Below are positions 61,624 to 64,000 of a stretch of 64,000 bases of DNA, one piece after another. The notes below the pieces were generated by a model, which ran no database searches, was not told where the DNA came from, and saw only the letters and a program-made list of their open reading frames with translations. Source of the DNA: Cyanophyceae cyanobacterium (GTDB taxonomy: Bacteria; Cyanobacteriota; Cyanobacteriia; Cyanobacteriales; JBHJGN01); contig JBHJGN010000023.1 in NCBI GenBank assembly GCA_050331735.1, positions 140,881 to 204,880 on the forward strand, given 5' to 3'. Numbering within the stretch: position 1 is the first letter of the stretch; every line of letters begins with the position of its first letter. The position numbers and the translations under genes are program-made.

Positions 61624-61745
61624 GTCGCTTCGCGACGGGGAAAGGGCAAAGGGTAAGGGGGAAAGGGAAAATTGTCGCTGTGCGACGACAACAGCACCCA
61701 AAATTAGGAAGCAAGCTAACTTAATCTCCCCTTTCCCCTGTGCCT
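61624..61745 (+). repeat. Composite purine-tract/micro-hairpin repeat
   Basis: GTCGCTTCGCGAC (61624), GGGAAAGGGCAAAGGGTAAGGGG tract, GTCGCTGTGCGAC (61674), pyrimidine tract. Confidence 0.8.
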
Positions 61746-61757
61746 GGGTTGCTTAAT

Positions 61758-63302
61758 TTAGCGCCGTCTTAACTGTAGCCAAATTGAGGCCAGTTTTTTG
61801 ATCGCGGGAGTGAAACGAGAGAGACTGTAGGCATCGGCGACTTTGCGAACGATCTCGGCCTGAGTCGGATAGGGAAAGATTGTGGCGGCGATCGCTCCTA
61901 ATCCGAGCTCTTTTTGCATGGCTAAGGTAATCACGTTGATCGTTTCTCCGGCCTGGGCGGCGACAATGGTTGCTCCTAAAATTTTGTCAGTGCCTTTCTT
62001 TAAATAGATTTTTGTAAATCCTGCCGTTTCTCCGTCAATGACGGCTCGATCAATATCGTCCATAGGAACACAAAACGTGTCTAGATTGGCGGCGCGTTCT
62101 TCAGCCTCTTGAGCCGAGATCCCAACGTGAGCAATTTCTGGTTGAGTATAGGTACACCAAGGAATGGTAAGAGTGCTGAGCTTTTTCCGCCCGATCCCAA
62201 AGGGAGCAAACAGAGCATTTTGAATGACAATTCTGGCCGCTGCATCCGCTGCATGGGTAAATTTACTCTGCATGGCCACATCACCAACCGCATAAATCCG
62301 GGGATTGCTTGTCTGTAAATACTCATTGATGTTAATGCCTTGCTTGGCACTGTATTCAACACCCACCTGTTCTAAAGAGAGTCCTTGAACGTGAGGCGAT
62401 CGCCCCACCGCCACTAAAATTTCATCCGCCGTTACCGAAGACAATTGCCCGTCCACCCGGTAAGTAACCTGCTTGCCGTCTGTGGCGGCAACTTGCTGTG
62501 TTTCAGCCTTTAAAATCACATTCACTCCCTCTCGCCTGAGCGCTTGCTCAACAATCTGAGCCGCCTCTGCTTCAGTACTGGTGAGCAGCCGCGAACTCTT
62601 TTGCAGGAGAGTTACCTGAGAACCGAGCCGCTGAAACGTTTGTGCCAGTTCGCAGCCAATGTAGCCGCCGCCAATCACGACAAGACGTTGAGGACGCTGT
62701 GTGAGAGAAAAAACTGTTTCATTAGTGAGATATCCGACTGATTCTAGCCCGTCAATCGGCAGCTTAACAGGACTAGAGCCAGTGGCGATCACTGCTTTTT
62801 TAAAGCGCAATTTCTGGTCCGCAACTGCCACCGTTTGCCGATCTAGGAAGCGTCCTTCCCCCAAAAACACCTGTACCCCGTATTCCTCGGCCATGTGCTG
62901 AGCTGAGTCATTCTCGCTAATCTGCGCTCTAATTCGACGCAGGCGTTCCATGACGGCAGAAAAATCAACCGCCACTCCGGATACGGTCACTCCATACTGC
63001 TTGGCTTGTTTGACTGCTGCCACAGCACGAGCAGAGCGAATCATCGTTTTGGAGGGGACGCAGCCCACATTGGTACAGTCTCCTCCGAGCAGGTGCTTTT
63101 CGACCAAAGCCACTTTTGCCCCAAAAAGTGCCGCCCCGGCTGCTGTCACTAATCCGGCTGTTCCCCCGCCAATGACAACCAAGTTATAGCAGGAAGCTGG
63201 CTTTGGATTAATCCACTGAGGCGGATGAAGGTTCTCTACTAGCTTTTGGTTGTAGCGATCCATTGGAGGAACGGCGACTTGGTTGGTCTGTTGGCGAAGC
63301 AT
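61758..63302 (-). CDS. Pyridine nucleotide-disulfide oxidoreductase (mercuric reductase-like family)
   Basis: VIGGGTAG, GGDCTNVGCVPSK redox pair, GGGYIG, YAVGDV, YPTQAE. Confidence 0.88.
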   Translation of the reverse strand: MLRQQTNQVAVPPMDRYNQKLVENLHPPQWINPKPASCYNLVVIGGGTAGLVTAAGAALFGAKVALVEKHLLGGDCTNVGCVPSKTMIRSARAVAAVKQAKQYGVTVSGVAVDFSAVMERLRRIRAQISENDSAQHMAEEYGVQVFLGEGRFLDRQTVAVADQKLRFKKAVIATGSSPVKLPIDGLESVGYLTNETVFSLTQRPQRLVVIGGGYIGCELAQTFQRLGSQVTLLQKSSRLLTSTEAEAAQIVEQALRREGVNVILKAETQQVAATDGKQVTYRVDGQLSSVTADEILVAVGRSPHVQGLSLEQVGVEYSAKQGININEYLQTSNPRIYAVGDVAMQSKFTHAADAAARIVIQNALFAPFGIGRKKLSTLTIPWCTYTQPEIAHVGISAQEAEERAANLDTFCVPMDDIDRAVIDGETAGFTKIYLKKGTDKILGATIVAAQAGETINVITLAMQKELGLGAIAATIFPYPTQAEIVRKVADAYSLSRFTPAIKKLASIWLQLRRR

Positions 63303-63583
63303 ATTAATAACTAAGTAATGAATCTAAGTGGAGTTGGGGAAAAGGAACAGGGACAAGAAATGATATTTAAACTGAGGGTAGAAATCCAAAGATGGACGGA
63401 AAGCTCTCAAACATCTGCATCATCAAATTTGATATTAATCATTGTCTTTCAAGATAAAGAAGTCGCTTCACCTAAAAGAAGACAAGCGCTAACTCCCTTG
63501 GAAGTTAGCGCTCATTGAAAATGTTGGTTGCTATAGAGTGCGATCGCTACTTGGTAACGAGTCGCTCATCTTGAAACAGATAG

Positions 63584-64000
63584 TTACTGTAAGATAGTAA
63601 CCTGCGAGGTATCAACAGCAGTAGCACCGCTAATTCCCATCACCAACGTTTCCATCTGATCGAGAAGATCTTGAGCGGGCACTTGACCTTTTAGAACGAC
63701 AGTGCTGCCTGCTTGAGCAACGTAGACTGTATCAATATCGCTAAAAGCTGGCTCTTCATCAAAAGCTAGGGCTACTCGTTTGGCTAAACCAGTTTCGTCA
63801 TATTCTCCGTTGATTCCCACTTTCTCTGGAGGAATAGATTGCTCGGTTCCTGTTTCCAGGCTATCGGTAGGGGTTTCAGTGGCTCCTGGCTCCATGTCCA
63901 TGCCCTCTTCAGTAGCTCCTGGCTCCATATCCATCTCGTCAGTAGGGGTTTCAGTGGCTCCTGGCTCCATGTCCATGCCCTCTTCAGTAGCTCCTGGCTC
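63584..64000 (-). CDS. BON-domain protein with acidic tandem repeats (N-terminus beyond window)
   Basis: GEYDETGLAKRVALAFD...VAQAGSTVVLKG, paralogous to 36875-37222; ORF open to window end. Confidence 0.8.
   Translation of the reverse strand, partial: EPGATEEGMDMEPGATETPTDEMDMEPGATEEGMDMEPGATETPTDSLETGTEQSIPPEKVGINGEYDETGLAKRVALAFDEEPAFSDIDTVYVAQAGSTVVLKGQVPAQDLLDQMETLVMGISGATAVDTSQVTILQ
63866..64000 (-). repeat. Coding tandem repeat, ~75-bp period (ATEEGMDMEPG / ATETPTDEMDMEPG)
   Basis: gtaggggtttcagtggctcctggctccatgtccatgccctcttcagtagctcctggctc repeated. Confidence 0.9.

Noticed and set aside
4912..63189. Many antisense and off-frame ORFs in the supplied track
   Set aside because: They overlap well-supported genes and show no independent motifs.
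61758..63302. True mercuric reductase merA
   Set aside because: No C-terminal Cys-Cys pair, no N-terminal metal-binding domain and no mer operon genes nearby.

Overview
Cyanobacterial chromosome segment (abundant HIP1 GCGATCGC, crtO, Rre1-type regulator, cyanobacterial 6S RNA, glnA-type glutamine riboswitch). It is mostly housekeeping: aroF end, tyrA, mnmG, tRNA-Thr, tRNA-Val, gyrA paralog, ilvN, infC, hisIE, hemL, yajQ, remA-gmk, clpP and a Zam/RNase R-like gene. Two accessory patches break this up. About 19.5-21.9 kb holds an AT-rich orphan ORF ending in a decayed attC-like site, an antitoxin pseudogene and a vapBC pair with mutated catalytic Asp residues. About 24.8-28.85 kb holds a C5-methyltransferase plus putative endonuclease and a dead IS630 carrying nested insertions. 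The most unusual signals are: (i) a family of 13-15 bp GT...AC micro-hairpins with fully covarying stems inside purine-tract repeats, with one relative inserted in the IS630 and itself hit by an IS1-type MITE; (ii) a ~1 kb hairpin-rich non-coding region in front of an RNase R homolog lacking the catalytic aspartates; (iii) a LexA box in front of a divergent hypothetical gene with a Rad52/Sak-like signature; (iv) a candidate NtcA-linked sRNA next to tRNA-Val. All calls are by eye; no searches were run.
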